From Bythopirellula sp. (GTDB lineage Bacteria; Planctomycetota; Planctomycetia; Pirellulales; Lacipirellulaceae), in the NCBI GenBank assembly GCA_965216565.1, contig OZ244170.1:2208001-2272000 (forward strand): a stretch of 64,000 bases of DNA. Reading direction: 5' to 3'. Positions within the stretch are counted from its first letter, which is position 1. Each line of letters begins with the position of its first letter. Below, one piece after another: positions 50,271 to 59,192 of the stretch. Under the pieces are notes generated by a model, which worked only from the letters and a program-made list of their open reading frames with translations, searched no databases and had not been told where the DNA came from. Both the position numbers and the translations under genes were made by a program.

Positions 50271-51659
50271 TCACTCCGATGTTTTGCCGAGCTGTTCATT
50301 CTTCGGGTGATAGAACAGTGCGATCGGCAACGTCAGAGCGGCAATGAAAAAGAACATTGCACTACGCGGCCAGTTCTGGTTCTCAATCAACTGTGTTAGC
50401 ACACCGTAGAGAACGCCAGAAATCGCAATACCCACCCAATTGGCCTGATTCATCACGGCGATCATGCGTCCCTTCTTATCACGAGGCGGGCGCGACTGCA
50501 TAAACACCTGCAGCGGCACCGCAAACATGCCAGTAAAGATGCCTAATAGCAAAAGTACGGGAAAGCTCCCCCAAAAACCGAGCCACTGACTCGACTCGCC
50601 CACGCCGGGCTTGCGGAGTAGGTTACCTTCTGCATCTTGCAACAATGAGATATCGCCATCGGCGGGCAATCCCACCAGAACCAGGCAGACGAACATGCCG
50701 ATGCTGCCAATGCGCACCAATCGAAAATCAACTTTGCCGCCGGAAACAATTCCTCCCACCACACAACCGATGGCGATGCCAACACCAATTATTGCGGCCA
50801 ACACGCTGGTCCATTGGTCACCGATTTCTAAAGCCACTTTCCCCAACACATTAACCGCCGAGGGAACCATCCCCGCCAAAAGCCAGAAAGTGCTAGAGAT
50901 CAGCAACGCGGCCAGCAGAGGTTTGTCGGCCCATAACATCTGCCTCATGTCCTTGGGAACTGCTAGAGCAGACGCGTGGAATTTTAGATCGGGATTAGCT
51001 GGTTCAATTTTCCTTACCAGTAGCGAAGAGGCAGTGCCGAGCACAGCAATTGAGACACAGGCTACAGACGCAATCCACAGCTGAGCGCGAAAGTACTCGA
51101 GTAGAATTCCTGCAACCGCCGTCCCGAAAATAATTGCGAGGAAGGTCGTCATCAGAATAAACCCGTTGGCTCGTGGCAAATCCTTGCCTCGGAGCATCTC
51201 TGGCAAAATCCCATACTTGGCTGGCCCAAAGAATCCACTTTGAGCACCCATAAAAAATAAAACCACGTACAGCAGTGTGAGGCTCTGATTGTGGGTATAC
51301 ACGGCGAAAGCCGCAGCCCCCGCGGCCATGACTAGAATTTCCAAGAATTTGCAGGCAACAATAATGCCTCGTTTTCCCAGTTTGTCTGCCAAATATCCGG
51401 CAAGACCCGTGCTGAGCAAAAACGGAATGGAAAACAGCAACATCGCTCGCCCTTGCTGATCCTCCGACTCGGCACCGGCAGCCGCAACCGTGGAAATTGA
51501 GAGCAGTAAAATCAGTTGCTTGAAGAGATTATCGTTAAACGCGCCAAAGAACTGAGTCACCGCCATGCCCCAGAAACTGCGGTCGCGGTAGAGCGTTGGC
51601 AGCGTCGACTCGTCGAAGGAGTCAGTGAGCGCTTCAGAAATGGATTCAGCGGATGCCAT
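50271..51659 (-). CDS. MFS transporter (LplT/Aas-like)
   Basis: TQFFGAFNDNLFKQ, GYLADK, FFGPAKYGILPE, L.RANG. Confidence 0.88.
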   Translation of the reverse strand: MASAESISEALTDSFDESTLPTLYRDRSFWGMAVTQFFGAFNDNLFKQLILLLSISTVAAAGAESEDQQGRAMLLFSIPFLLSTGLAGYLADKLGKRGIIVACKFLEILVMAAGAAAFAVYTHNQSLTLLYVVLFFMGAQSGFFGPAKYGILPEMLRGKDLPRANGFILMTTFLAIIFGTAVAGILLEYFRAQLWIASVACVSIAVLGTASSLLVRKIEPANPDLKFHASALAVPKDMRQMLWADKPLLAALLISSTFWLLAGMVPSAVNVLGKVALEIGDQWTSVLAAIIGVGIAIGCVVGGIVSGGKVDFRLVRIGSIGMFVCLVLVGLPADGDISLLQDAEGNLLRKPGVGESSQWLGFWGSFPVLLLLGIFTGMFAVPLQVFMQSRPPRDKKGRMIAVMNQANWVGIAISGVLYGVLTQLIENQNWPRSAMFFFIAALTLPIALFYHPKNEQLGKTSE

Positions 51660-51715
51660 GGGACAGATTATGCGGCGGGCAGCATCGGGTCACAAGGCGA
51701 GTTTCAGGAGATCTT

Positions 51716-51754
51716 AACGCAGAGGACTCGAAGGTGCCGAGGGCCGCGGAGAGG
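51716..51754 (+). repeat. Left inverted repeat of the MafI-like cassette (same family as the GxxExxY flanks)
   Basis: aacgcagaggactcgaaggtgccgagggccgcggagagg. Confidence 0.8.
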
Positions 51755-51787
51755 AAGTTTCAGATTCTGCGAGCAAGCTCTTGATTG

Positions 51788-52051
51788 CTATTCGATTAAT
51801 TCTTCCAGCATGGTCCATTCCTCGGGAGAAAGCTCCATCAGTTGCCCAAGTTGCTCGATCCTGTTGTAAAGTTCGCCCTTAATTCTTACATCATATTCAT
51901 ATAGCTGTTCGCAAATTAAAGTTAATGCTAGACCCCATTCATTATGGTCCAGCAGATCCAACGCATTTGCGGTGTCTTGTGCTGGTAGAGAAGTTTCGCA
52001 ACTCTCAATGACAAAACGGACTCCTTGAGTGATCGAGCGACGACGAAACAT
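51788..52051 (-). CDS. MafI-family-like immunity protein (orphan)
   Basis: 87 aa acidic helical protein with HNEWGLAL..ICEQLYEYDV.I....Y..I.QLG..M pattern; visibly AT-richer than neighbours. Confidence 0.7.
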   Translation of the reverse strand: MFRRRSITQGVRFVIESCETSLPAQDTANALDLLDHNEWGLALTLICEQLYEYDVRIKGELYNRIEQLGQLMELSPEEWTMLEELIE

Positions 52052-52098
52052 CAGATCAACGTGACCTTTCTACTTTAAGAAACAAGTGCAGTTTTGGA

Positions 52099-52135
52099 CC
52101 TCTGCGGCCCTCCGCTTCTCCGCGCCCTCTGCGTT
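52099..52135 (-). repeat. Right inverted repeat of the MafI-like cassette
   Basis: Reverse complement reads aacgcagagggcgcggagaagcggagggccgcagagg. Confidence 0.82.
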
Positions 52136-52515
52136 CAATCCCCCACACCCGGCGATCGTCCGCGATGTTTTTCAATCACTTCCGGCAAAGGATAATCGAT
52201 AATTTTCAGTTCTTTCCCCGCAACTTGCTTGAGCCGCTTCCAGCCACGGGTCATGAGCCGCTCCTGAGTTTGGACAAACTCAGCGTCCAAGCCACGTTTG
52301 TCAAAAGGGCCTTCGATCGTGACGGGTTCGAAGTCGTCGTCCACGATGTACTGCGCTAGAGATTGATTGCAACGAATATGGCGTTCGGCCGTAGTGTGCA
52401 GCACCTCGGGGTCAAGCATTCCCACGATGTAGCGGAGATAGAGATCGCTTTCCGTCAGGTTAGCGACGTCCTCGCCACAAACTTCGCACAGATAACCTTC
52501 GTCGCACTTAGCCAT
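52135..52515 (-). CDS. Hypothetical protein (MAKCDEGYLCEVCG..., possible Zn-binding)
   Basis: Clean ORF directly downstream of dapB with Cys/His motifs. Confidence 0.8.
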   Translation of the reverse strand: MAKCDEGYLCEVCGEDVANLTESDLYLRYIVGMLDPEVLHTTAERHIRCNQSLAQYIVDDDFEPVTIEGPFDKRGLDAEFVQTQERLMTRGWKRLKQVAGKELKIIDYPLPEVIEKHRGRSPGVGD

Positions 52516-52538
52516 AGTTCATTTTGCGGCTTTAGCAA

Positions 52539-53327
52539 TTACAGTCCCAACACATCGTTCATGCTATACAGGCCTGGCTGTTTATCGACGATCCATTTCG
52601 CTGCGAGTAGCGCCCCTTGGGCATAACAATCACGATTCGAAGCAGCAACCTTCAACTCGATCGTCTCGCCAAGCATGCCAAACACGATTGTATGCTCACC
52701 TGGATTGTCGCCCGTGCGGATGGCGTGATAGCCAATCTCATTTCGCGAGCGCGGACCGGGCCGACCCGCTCGGCCATGGGTATGCTCTTCCTGCCCCATG
52801 GCCTCGGCAACAATCTCACCAAATCGCAAAGCCGTGCCGCTGGGTGCATCTTCTTTGAAACGGTGATGCCGCTCGATAATCTCGACATCAACGCCAGAGG
52901 TCAGGGGCCGAAGTGCTGCGCCGGCAATCTGCGTCAGTTTCATCAGCAAGTTGACGGCAGTGCTCATGCTCGGTGCCCAGACGATGGGGATCTTCTCGGC
53001 ACATTTGTGAATGTATTTTTCTTGCTCTGCATCAAACCCGGTGGTGGCAATAACGATGGGTTTCTCGAATTGCAGGCAATGCGCGACGGCGGCGACCGCG
53101 GCGTCGGGCACAGAGAAATCGATCACCACGTCGGCGTCAGACTCTCCGACCACCGCCAGGGGGACCCCGATTTTGCCCAATCCCGCCAAAACCCCGGCAT
53201 CGTTGCCCAAGTCTGGGTGCGTGGCAGATTCCAGCGCGGCCACAACATCGAAATCTGCATCCGCGTAGGCCAACGCCGTGACGCGTTGTCCCATCCTCCC
53301 CGCGGCCCCGTGAATTGCGATCTTCAT
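52539..53327 (-). CDS. dapB: 4-hydroxy-tetrahydrodipicolinate reductase
   Basis: GAAGRMG, DVVIDFS, ATTG, EIIERHHRFKEDAPSGTA; RBS GTAGGAG. Confidence 0.97.
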   Translation of the reverse strand: MKIAIHGAAGRMGQRVTALAYADADFDVVAALESATHPDLGNDAGVLAGLGKIGVPLAVVGESDADVVIDFSVPDAAVAAVAHCLQFEKPIVIATTGFDAEQEKYIHKCAEKIPIVWAPSMSTAVNLLMKLTQIAGAALRPLTSGVDVEIIERHHRFKEDAPSGTALRFGEIVAEAMGQEEHTHGRAGRPGPRSRNEIGYHAIRTGDNPGEHTIVFGMLGETIELKVAASNRDCYAQGALLAAKWIVDKQPGLYSMNDVLGL

Positions 53328-53727
53328 TTCTCTATCGTCTCCTACCTTGGCTGACTGCCTAACACCATACTGCCCAGGCAGCTACCATGCCAGCGGACCA
53401 CCCGGTTGCACGGCCTCGAGTCTCTCATGCCAGGGGTAGCGTTAATCCTCGCGAGCGTGGGCGGCCTTCTCAGACGCCAAATTGATTATTTGCCACTTCG
53501 CCATGGTTCTGCCGCACAAGCAGACGGCTGACTACGTAGAGATCATGGGACGATCGTGGCACCTAGTGTTTCCCGAACAAGAGCCCGAAACCCTTACTCA
53601 GAATAGAGTTAGGTGAGCTGACAACTGACCGCGGGCGTTTGACGACCGGAAAAGATACGGCTAAAATAACGATTCTCGGCACTATTGGGCCGAGCAGAGT
53701 ACGAGGACATACGACGGAGAATCATCC

Positions 53728-54105
53728 ATGAAAAAAGCTGACATGAAAGTATACAAGGAGCGACTTCTGGGACTCAGAGCGAGGCTCCGCGGAGATGTTT
53801 CCTCAATGACAGACGCAGCTTTGCGTAAGTCGGGGAACGAAGGCTCCGAAGCCTCCCACATGCCGATCCACATGGCAGAATTGGGCAGCGATAACTACGA
53901 GCAGGAATTCACTCTGAGCCTACTGGCGACGGAAGAAGACACTCTCGCGATGATCGAAACCGCCATTCAGCGAATTGAGGATGGGACCTACGGGAAATGC
54001 CTGGAGTGCGAAGGAGCCATTCCCAAGACGCGGCTCAATGCCATTCCGCACACCACTCTGTGCGTGAAGTGTGCCTCAGAGCGAGATCAGAACATGGCGG
54101 GCTGA
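53728..54105 (+). CDS. TraR/DksA C4-type zinc finger protein
   Basis: HMAELGSDNYEQE, RIEDGTYGKCLEC...I...RL.AIP...LCVKC. Confidence 0.92.
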   Translation: MKKADMKVYKERLLGLRARLRGDVSSMTDAALRKSGNEGSEASHMPIHMAELGSDNYEQEFTLSLLATEEDTLAMIETAIQRIEDGTYGKCLECEGAIPKTRLNAIPHTTLCVKCASERDQNMAG

Positions 54106-54355
54106 ACAGGCTCAGGTCGTTTCAGAACCACTTGGGGTGACAAGGCTCGTCCTGTGCCCCTCAAAGATTACCCCCTTGGGCTCAATAACGGACTCGAACC
54201 ATTTCGAGTCCGTTTTTTATTGCCTCTTATCTTCGCTGGCTGGGCCGAAACGCCACCGCTGTTGGTGGAATCTAATCGATCCAGTAAATTATCGGTTCCC
54301 GCACGATCTGCCACTGAGGCAGAACGTCTGCCTCTGCTGCCTAAATTATCGGCCC

Positions 54356-54916
54356 ATGGATCAACCCCAGCAAAACCTGACGAAACGTTTCTACTTATTC
54401 TGCGGTTTAGCAATTGCAGGTTGTGCCGCCGATTTGATCAGCAAACACTTAGTCTTCGACCATCCGCAACTCTTCCGTGGCAACGAGTGGTGGCTATGGC
54501 AGGGACATGTCGGAATTCAGAAGAGCCTCAATGAAGGGGCGCTGTTCGGCATCGGGCAGGGTGGGGTAGGCTTGTTTGCGGTAATCTCAATTGCCGCAGC
54601 GATCGCGATTCCTATTTGGCTCTTTGTTTATCGTGCCGCCGAGGATCTTTGGCTAACCGCTACGCTCGGCTGCATCCTGGGCGGTATTCTAGGAAATCTT
54701 TACGACCGTTTGGGTTGGCACGGCTTAAGCTGGGACTCGTTCGATCCTGCCCGGCAGGGGCAGTATGTCTACGCGGTTCGTGACTGGATTCTTTTTCAGT
54801 GGAACGAGCAATGGGTTTGGCCGAACTTCAACATTGCCGACGCGTTGCTTGTCGTGGGCACGATCGTTCTCTTGGTTCGGTCCTTCTACGCTCCCCCCCA
54901 GGAGAGCGAAAGCTAA
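54356..54916 (+). CDS. lspA: Lipoprotein signal peptidase II
   Basis: DLISK, NEGALFG, GILGNLYDR, VRDWI, WPNFNIAD. Confidence 0.93.
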   Translation: MDQPQQNLTKRFYLFCGLAIAGCAADLISKHLVFDHPQLFRGNEWWLWQGHVGIQKSLNEGALFGIGQGGVGLFAVISIAAAIAIPIWLFVYRAAEDLWLTATLGCILGGILGNLYDRLGWHGLSWDSFDPARQGQYVYAVRDWILFQWNEQWVWPNFNIADALLVVGTIVLLVRSFYAPPQESES

Positions 54917-55641
54917 GGCACTTCGGTGACGTTTGGAACCAGTCTTTGGTGATGCAGTCTTTAGAGATGAAGCGCTTAGCGATGTAGCGCTCAGAGATGC
55001 TATGCCGCTAGTTCCCTCCGAATCAGATTCTTAATCTCCCTAACAAACATTACCGCAACAAGAGTCTTAGCTTTGAGCTTGGCCAATGATTCCTAATGAA
55101 CGTCGTGAATTCAAAGTTCAGTCTTCCTATGAAATTTTGTTACATTCTGCAACGCAGCCTTAGCAGACATCAAGTTTGTTCCTGATGTGGATATCCCCGA
55201 TGGACGATGTGCACTCCTCTGCCTACTCTTCATTTGAACGGTGCGACTCGGAACACGCATCTCAAACGAAGCGACATTTTGTCACATCGTTAACGCGAAA
55301 AGTCACATCAGGAACCTCTTGTTTAGGATGCAATTGAATCGTCCGATTCTTTGTGTGTTTTCTATAGGTTCCAACTTCTACCAAGAGGTTGTACTCAACG
55401 TTATCACCAACGAATGGCATTCCATTTGCTGCTTGATGAGGAGAGTCTGCTTCGAAAGTTGTAATCGTCAGACATCCCCAGTGATTTCAAAGGTAACTGT
55501 GCCGAAGTGTCCAGCAGGAAAAATGGCAAAGTTGTATTTGTAAAAAAGCTGAAAGAAGGATTGGCATATCTGCCACTCGTTCTATAGAGCTTAGCTGGGT
55601 TGAATTTTGGGGTCGGAACACTCGTTAAGGGGAACAGAAAT

Positions 55642-56046
55642 ATGCGTCTATCTCGCGCTTCGTCGTACGCTATTAATGCAGTCATTCAATTGGCTGAGGG
55701 TCCTGACAAGGTCCCCCTTCCATGCAGTAAACTATCGCAGAATGGCGATATGCCGGAACGATTCTTGTTGCAGGTCTTGCGGAATCTTGTCAATCATGGC
55801 TTGGTGAAGTCGATCCGCGGCGTGGACGGCGGGTATTACCTGGTGAGGTCGCCCAACGAACTCAGTCTGTTGGAAGTCATTGAAGCAACCGATGGGCCAC
55901 TGGAGCCTTCGATTCCGCCACTCGATGGTCTTTCGAAGAATTCGCAGGACAAGGTCCAATCTGCCATGAACGACGTGGTTAAGGAAACCTCACGTCGCCT
56001 GTCGAGGATTAGGGTCTCCGATTTGAAATCGGCCTCTGGGCGATAG
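55642..56046 (+). CDS. Rrf2 family transcriptional regulator (lacks the 3-Cys Fe-S motif)
   Basis: MRLSRASSYAI, PERFLLQVLR.LV..GLV.S.RGVDGGY.L, SLLEVIEA.DG. Confidence 0.92.
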   Translation: MRLSRASSYAINAVIQLAEGPDKVPLPCSKLSQNGDMPERFLLQVLRNLVNHGLVKSIRGVDGGYYLVRSPNELSLLEVIEATDGPLEPSIPPLDGLSKNSQDKVQSAMNDVVKETSRRLSRIRVSDLKSASGR

Positions 56047-56098
56047 GACAGGGCTCAAGAGTAGCCCTGCGAAGTGGGTAACATCGGGAAGACGGCAC

Positions 56099-57169
56099 CT
56101 ACTGGGCTGCGCTCTTCGTACCCAGGGGGGATGCTTCAATGTGATCTCCCTGTTGCAGCGGTCGAGTGGAAATCGCAAACCCCATTTTCCACAAGGTCTT
56201 CTTCAACACTCGAAACTCGTCGAAGCTGTCAGTATAGAGCCAGACATCCACTGGCGGCGAGTCGCGGCGTTTCGCTTGCAGATAACTATGCAGGCGTTGC
56301 CCTGGGGCTAGCGCTTGTTCAACACTTTCGCCCAGCTCTTCGTCCACAGGATCAAAGCGATGAATTTGGAACATCTCGTTCACGGTTCGGGTCCCCACCG
56401 TCGAGCCACCGAGAGGACGCCGGGCCCTTTTGAGATACTTTGACTTCAAACGATATCCATCGATCGGCCCCACTGTTTCCAACACACTGCTACTCGATTG
56501 CAACCGTCTTTGGATGTCGGGCAAGCGATATCGCATCTCGTCCAGCAATTCTTCGACTGGCACGATCGAAACTAAGCCCTTGCGAAGCCGCAGGTGAATC
56601 GACGGAATATCGACCTCTTTAGCCTGCGGAGTTGGTACGACTTCGATTTCCTCGACTGTCTCTGGTGCCGAGGCCAGCACGATCCGCTGCTCGTTCAGGT
56701 CTTCGAGCTTAAGTTGCGACTCCATCAGGCTTCGCTGCACGTCAAAGTCTTTTTGCGCGCTCTCGTCGAGTTCTTCTCGTCGCTCGGCAATGTCTTGCTC
56801 GATCAAAGAGCGGTGCATCGCAAGTTCAACACGCTGCTGCTCCTGTGAAGAGAGTTCGTTATTGATGCGGGCAACCTTCGTCGCTAGTTCGACGACTTCT
56901 TTTCTAGAATCTAAGACCTCCCTCTTAGCCAACTCAACCTGTACTTTGAGTTGGGTGAGTTGCTCTTCAGAGACAAGGCTGTTTTCATGTTGTTGCTGGG
57001 CAATTTTGGCTCTGACGGCCATTGCCTCTCGCTCCTCGTCAGTGAGGCTTTGTGTAGCCTGCATGCCTACCAGCATCACCATGATGATCAGCACACCAAC
57101 TACGTTGGCCACCACATCCAGGAACGAATCTTGGCTATCTTGCTCTTCGTGGATCTTTCTAGAACCCAT
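56099..57169 (-). CDS. Single-TM coiled-coil protein with ExbD/MotB-like TM (DSFLDVV)
   Basis: DSFLDVVANVVGVLIIMVMLVG, then long heptad region; overlaps upstream gene by 11 bp. Confidence 0.8.
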   Translation of the reverse strand: MGSRKIHEEQDSQDSFLDVVANVVGVLIIMVMLVGMQATQSLTDEEREAMAVRAKIAQQQHENSLVSEEQLTQLKVQVELAKREVLDSRKEVVELATKVARINNELSSQEQQRVELAMHRSLIEQDIAERREELDESAQKDFDVQRSLMESQLKLEDLNEQRIVLASAPETVEEIEVVPTPQAKEVDIPSIHLRLRKGLVSIVPVEELLDEMRYRLPDIQRRLQSSSSVLETVGPIDGYRLKSKYLKRARRPLGGSTVGTRTVNEMFQIHRFDPVDEELGESVEQALAPGQRLHSYLQAKRRDSPPVDVWLYTDSFDEFRVLKKTLWKMGFAISTRPLQQGDHIEASPLGTKSAAQ

Positions 57170-59192
57170 GGCCACCTTCCCCCCGCTGCAAAGTGGACGA
57201 GTTTGAATTGGACGGCTTGGTATTGGACGTTTGCGAATTAGCCGTCTGTGGCAACCGAATGTCGACACCACTATTGCGAAGAAGTTTGACCAGTCGATTG
57301 GCGGTATCGCCCGCTTCGGGTCCAACATTCAGCTCCAGTACCGGACGCCAATAAAGCCCATTGCCCGCCAATCCCCAATCGTCCATGCGGGACTTGAGTG
57401 CCGCAGAAAACTGATCCGAGATCTCGTCCAAGGGTTGATCCAGAGAAATAACCGTACCCGTAGCACCGGCCCCCGCCCTAGCATGTCGACTAGGCAAGAG
57501 GGCAACTTGATCTTGGCGAACTACCACCTGAATGGGCCGCTGAATCGGAACTGCACTTCGCATGGCTTGCTGCACCGCCCAGTCGCTACCCCTCGCGTCG
57601 GCAATGCTCTGCTGCTGCGAAAGTCGCAAACTGGAACTATCGCGCGCGATGTCTTTCTGACCGAGCGCGACCGCATTGCTGGAAGGGTTATTGGAACTCG
57701 AGGAAGGCGAACCAGATCCCGCCGCACTCGACGAACCACCAGCGCTGCCCGACTGACCGCCCGGTTGTCCCGGCGAACCAGCCTGTGCGAGTCCACCCTC
57801 GGCTTGGTTAGAACCAGAGTCCCCCGCCTGACCGCCACTGTTCTGACCGCTACCGCTTTGGCCTCCGCCATTAGGCCCTCCAGCCAAAGCACCTTCGCTC
57901 GATGAGCCTGCCGAGCCGGCACCTCCCGAGAAGTCGACAGTCGAATCGAAACCCGAATCCGCTGGCCCCTCTCCGCCAGCCCAGGATTCGGCACCGCTAT
58001 TTGCATTTCCGGCGCCAGACTGCGAACCACCTCCGTTGCCATTAAAATCAAATTCGCCACCGTCCCTCTCACCGGGATTTCCGCCGCCGCCATTTCCGGT
58101 GCCGTTGGCTCCTAAGCTCTGATCGTATCTGCCGTCGTCTCCTGAGGCCAAACCATAGCCGCCACCGTAGGGCCCCACCGAGGAATTCCCTCTGCCGCTG
58201 CTCCGACCACCGCCGCCCAAGCCGCTAACACCTCGGAATTTGCTAGGGGCTGCCCTCGCCAATCGCGACAGACGTTCCCGAGCAACCATCACAGCATGCT
58301 GCTGCGTTCTGGCAAGTTGGGGATCAGGAAGATCGGGAAAGGTAAGTTTCCAGTCGGCATCGATAAACTCGTAGCCGTAGCTAGAATCCCACGACTTAAT
58401 CGCATGGCGGGCCAACTGATAGTGCTTCACGCCCTTGGGTTTCACAATGATTAGCGGATAAGGATCCAACGGCTGCTTCTCGCCGGCGAGTCTTGCATTG
58501 CGGTTCAGATACTCTCGCGAAGCACGCAAAGACGCGGCCAATGGATTACCTGGCCAGCTAGGATTGACGAAGTCGGTCTCGTTAAAACGCAACCCTTCAG
58601 GCTGCAATGTGATGCCATGCTCGTCACAGACGATGTAGATTGGCTGGGCATACGTGCCGTTCTTGCCCTTGAAGGGCACGACCGCATACGACCGCTCGTT
58701 GCTAGTCGCTTCGCGCATCGCTTCCAACTGCTCTTCAGTCTCTTCGATCAACTCTTCAAGACGGGCAAGTTCCTGCTCCGCTTGGTACTGATCGACCACT
58801 TGCTCTTCTTCGGTCGCCTTCAGACGGTCGGCAGCCAGAGAAAGCTGCGCTAGCTCGTGCTCTAGTCGGCGGATATGATCTTCCGAATGGCTAAGCTTGG
58901 CTTTATCTTGTTCGAGTCTTCGTTTGCCCTGTTGCTTCAGCTCATCGAGCTGCTGTTGGTACGCATTGACCATTGCCAGTTCAGAGCTCAATTGCTGAAC
59001 TTCATTGGGATCGGCCCCGGAGACAATCAATTCCTCCGGCGTCTGATCGCTGACCGCGATCGGATCCTTACCAATGCGCTGTGCAAGTACCACGAGTAGC
59101 ACCAGGAGTGCTCCCATCGTGCAAAGCAGGACGGCAAGAAAAGGAAACAGGCCGACCGCGCTCGAATTATCGCTGGTCGATGGTCGGCTCAT
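57159..59192 (-). CDS. Single-TM coiled-coil protein with Gly/Ser-rich linker and ExbD-like TM lacking Asp (LFPFLAVLL)
   Basis: N-terminal TM, coiled coil, ~190-aa G/S-rich tract, C-terminal globular domain; ATGA coupling to the MotA-like gene. Confidence 0.8.
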   Translation of the reverse strand: MSRPSTSDNSSAVGLFPFLAVLLCTMGALLVLLVVLAQRIGKDPIAVSDQTPEELIVSGADPNEVQQLSSELAMVNAYQQQLDELKQQGKRRLEQDKAKLSHSEDHIRRLEHELAQLSLAADRLKATEEEQVVDQYQAEQELARLEELIEETEEQLEAMREATSNERSYAVVPFKGKNGTYAQPIYIVCDEHGITLQPEGLRFNETDFVNPSWPGNPLAASLRASREYLNRNARLAGEKQPLDPYPLIIVKPKGVKHYQLARHAIKSWDSSYGYEFIDADWKLTFPDLPDPQLARTQQHAVMVARERLSRLARAAPSKFRGVSGLGGGGRSSGRGNSSVGPYGGGYGLASGDDGRYDQSLGANGTGNGGGGNPGERDGGEFDFNGNGGGSQSGAGNANSGAESWAGGEGPADSGFDSTVDFSGGAGSAGSSSEGALAGGPNGGGQSGSGQNSGGQAGDSGSNQAEGGLAQAGSPGQPGGQSGSAGGSSSAAGSGSPSSSSNNPSSNAVALGQKDIARDSSSLRLSQQQSIADARGSDWAVQQAMRSAVPIQRPIQVVVRQDQVALLPSRHARAGAGATGTVISLDQPLDEISDQFSAALKSRMDDWGLAGNGLYWRPVLELNVGPEAGDTANRLVKLLRNSGVDIRLPQTANSQTSNTKPSNSNSSTLQRGEGGHGF

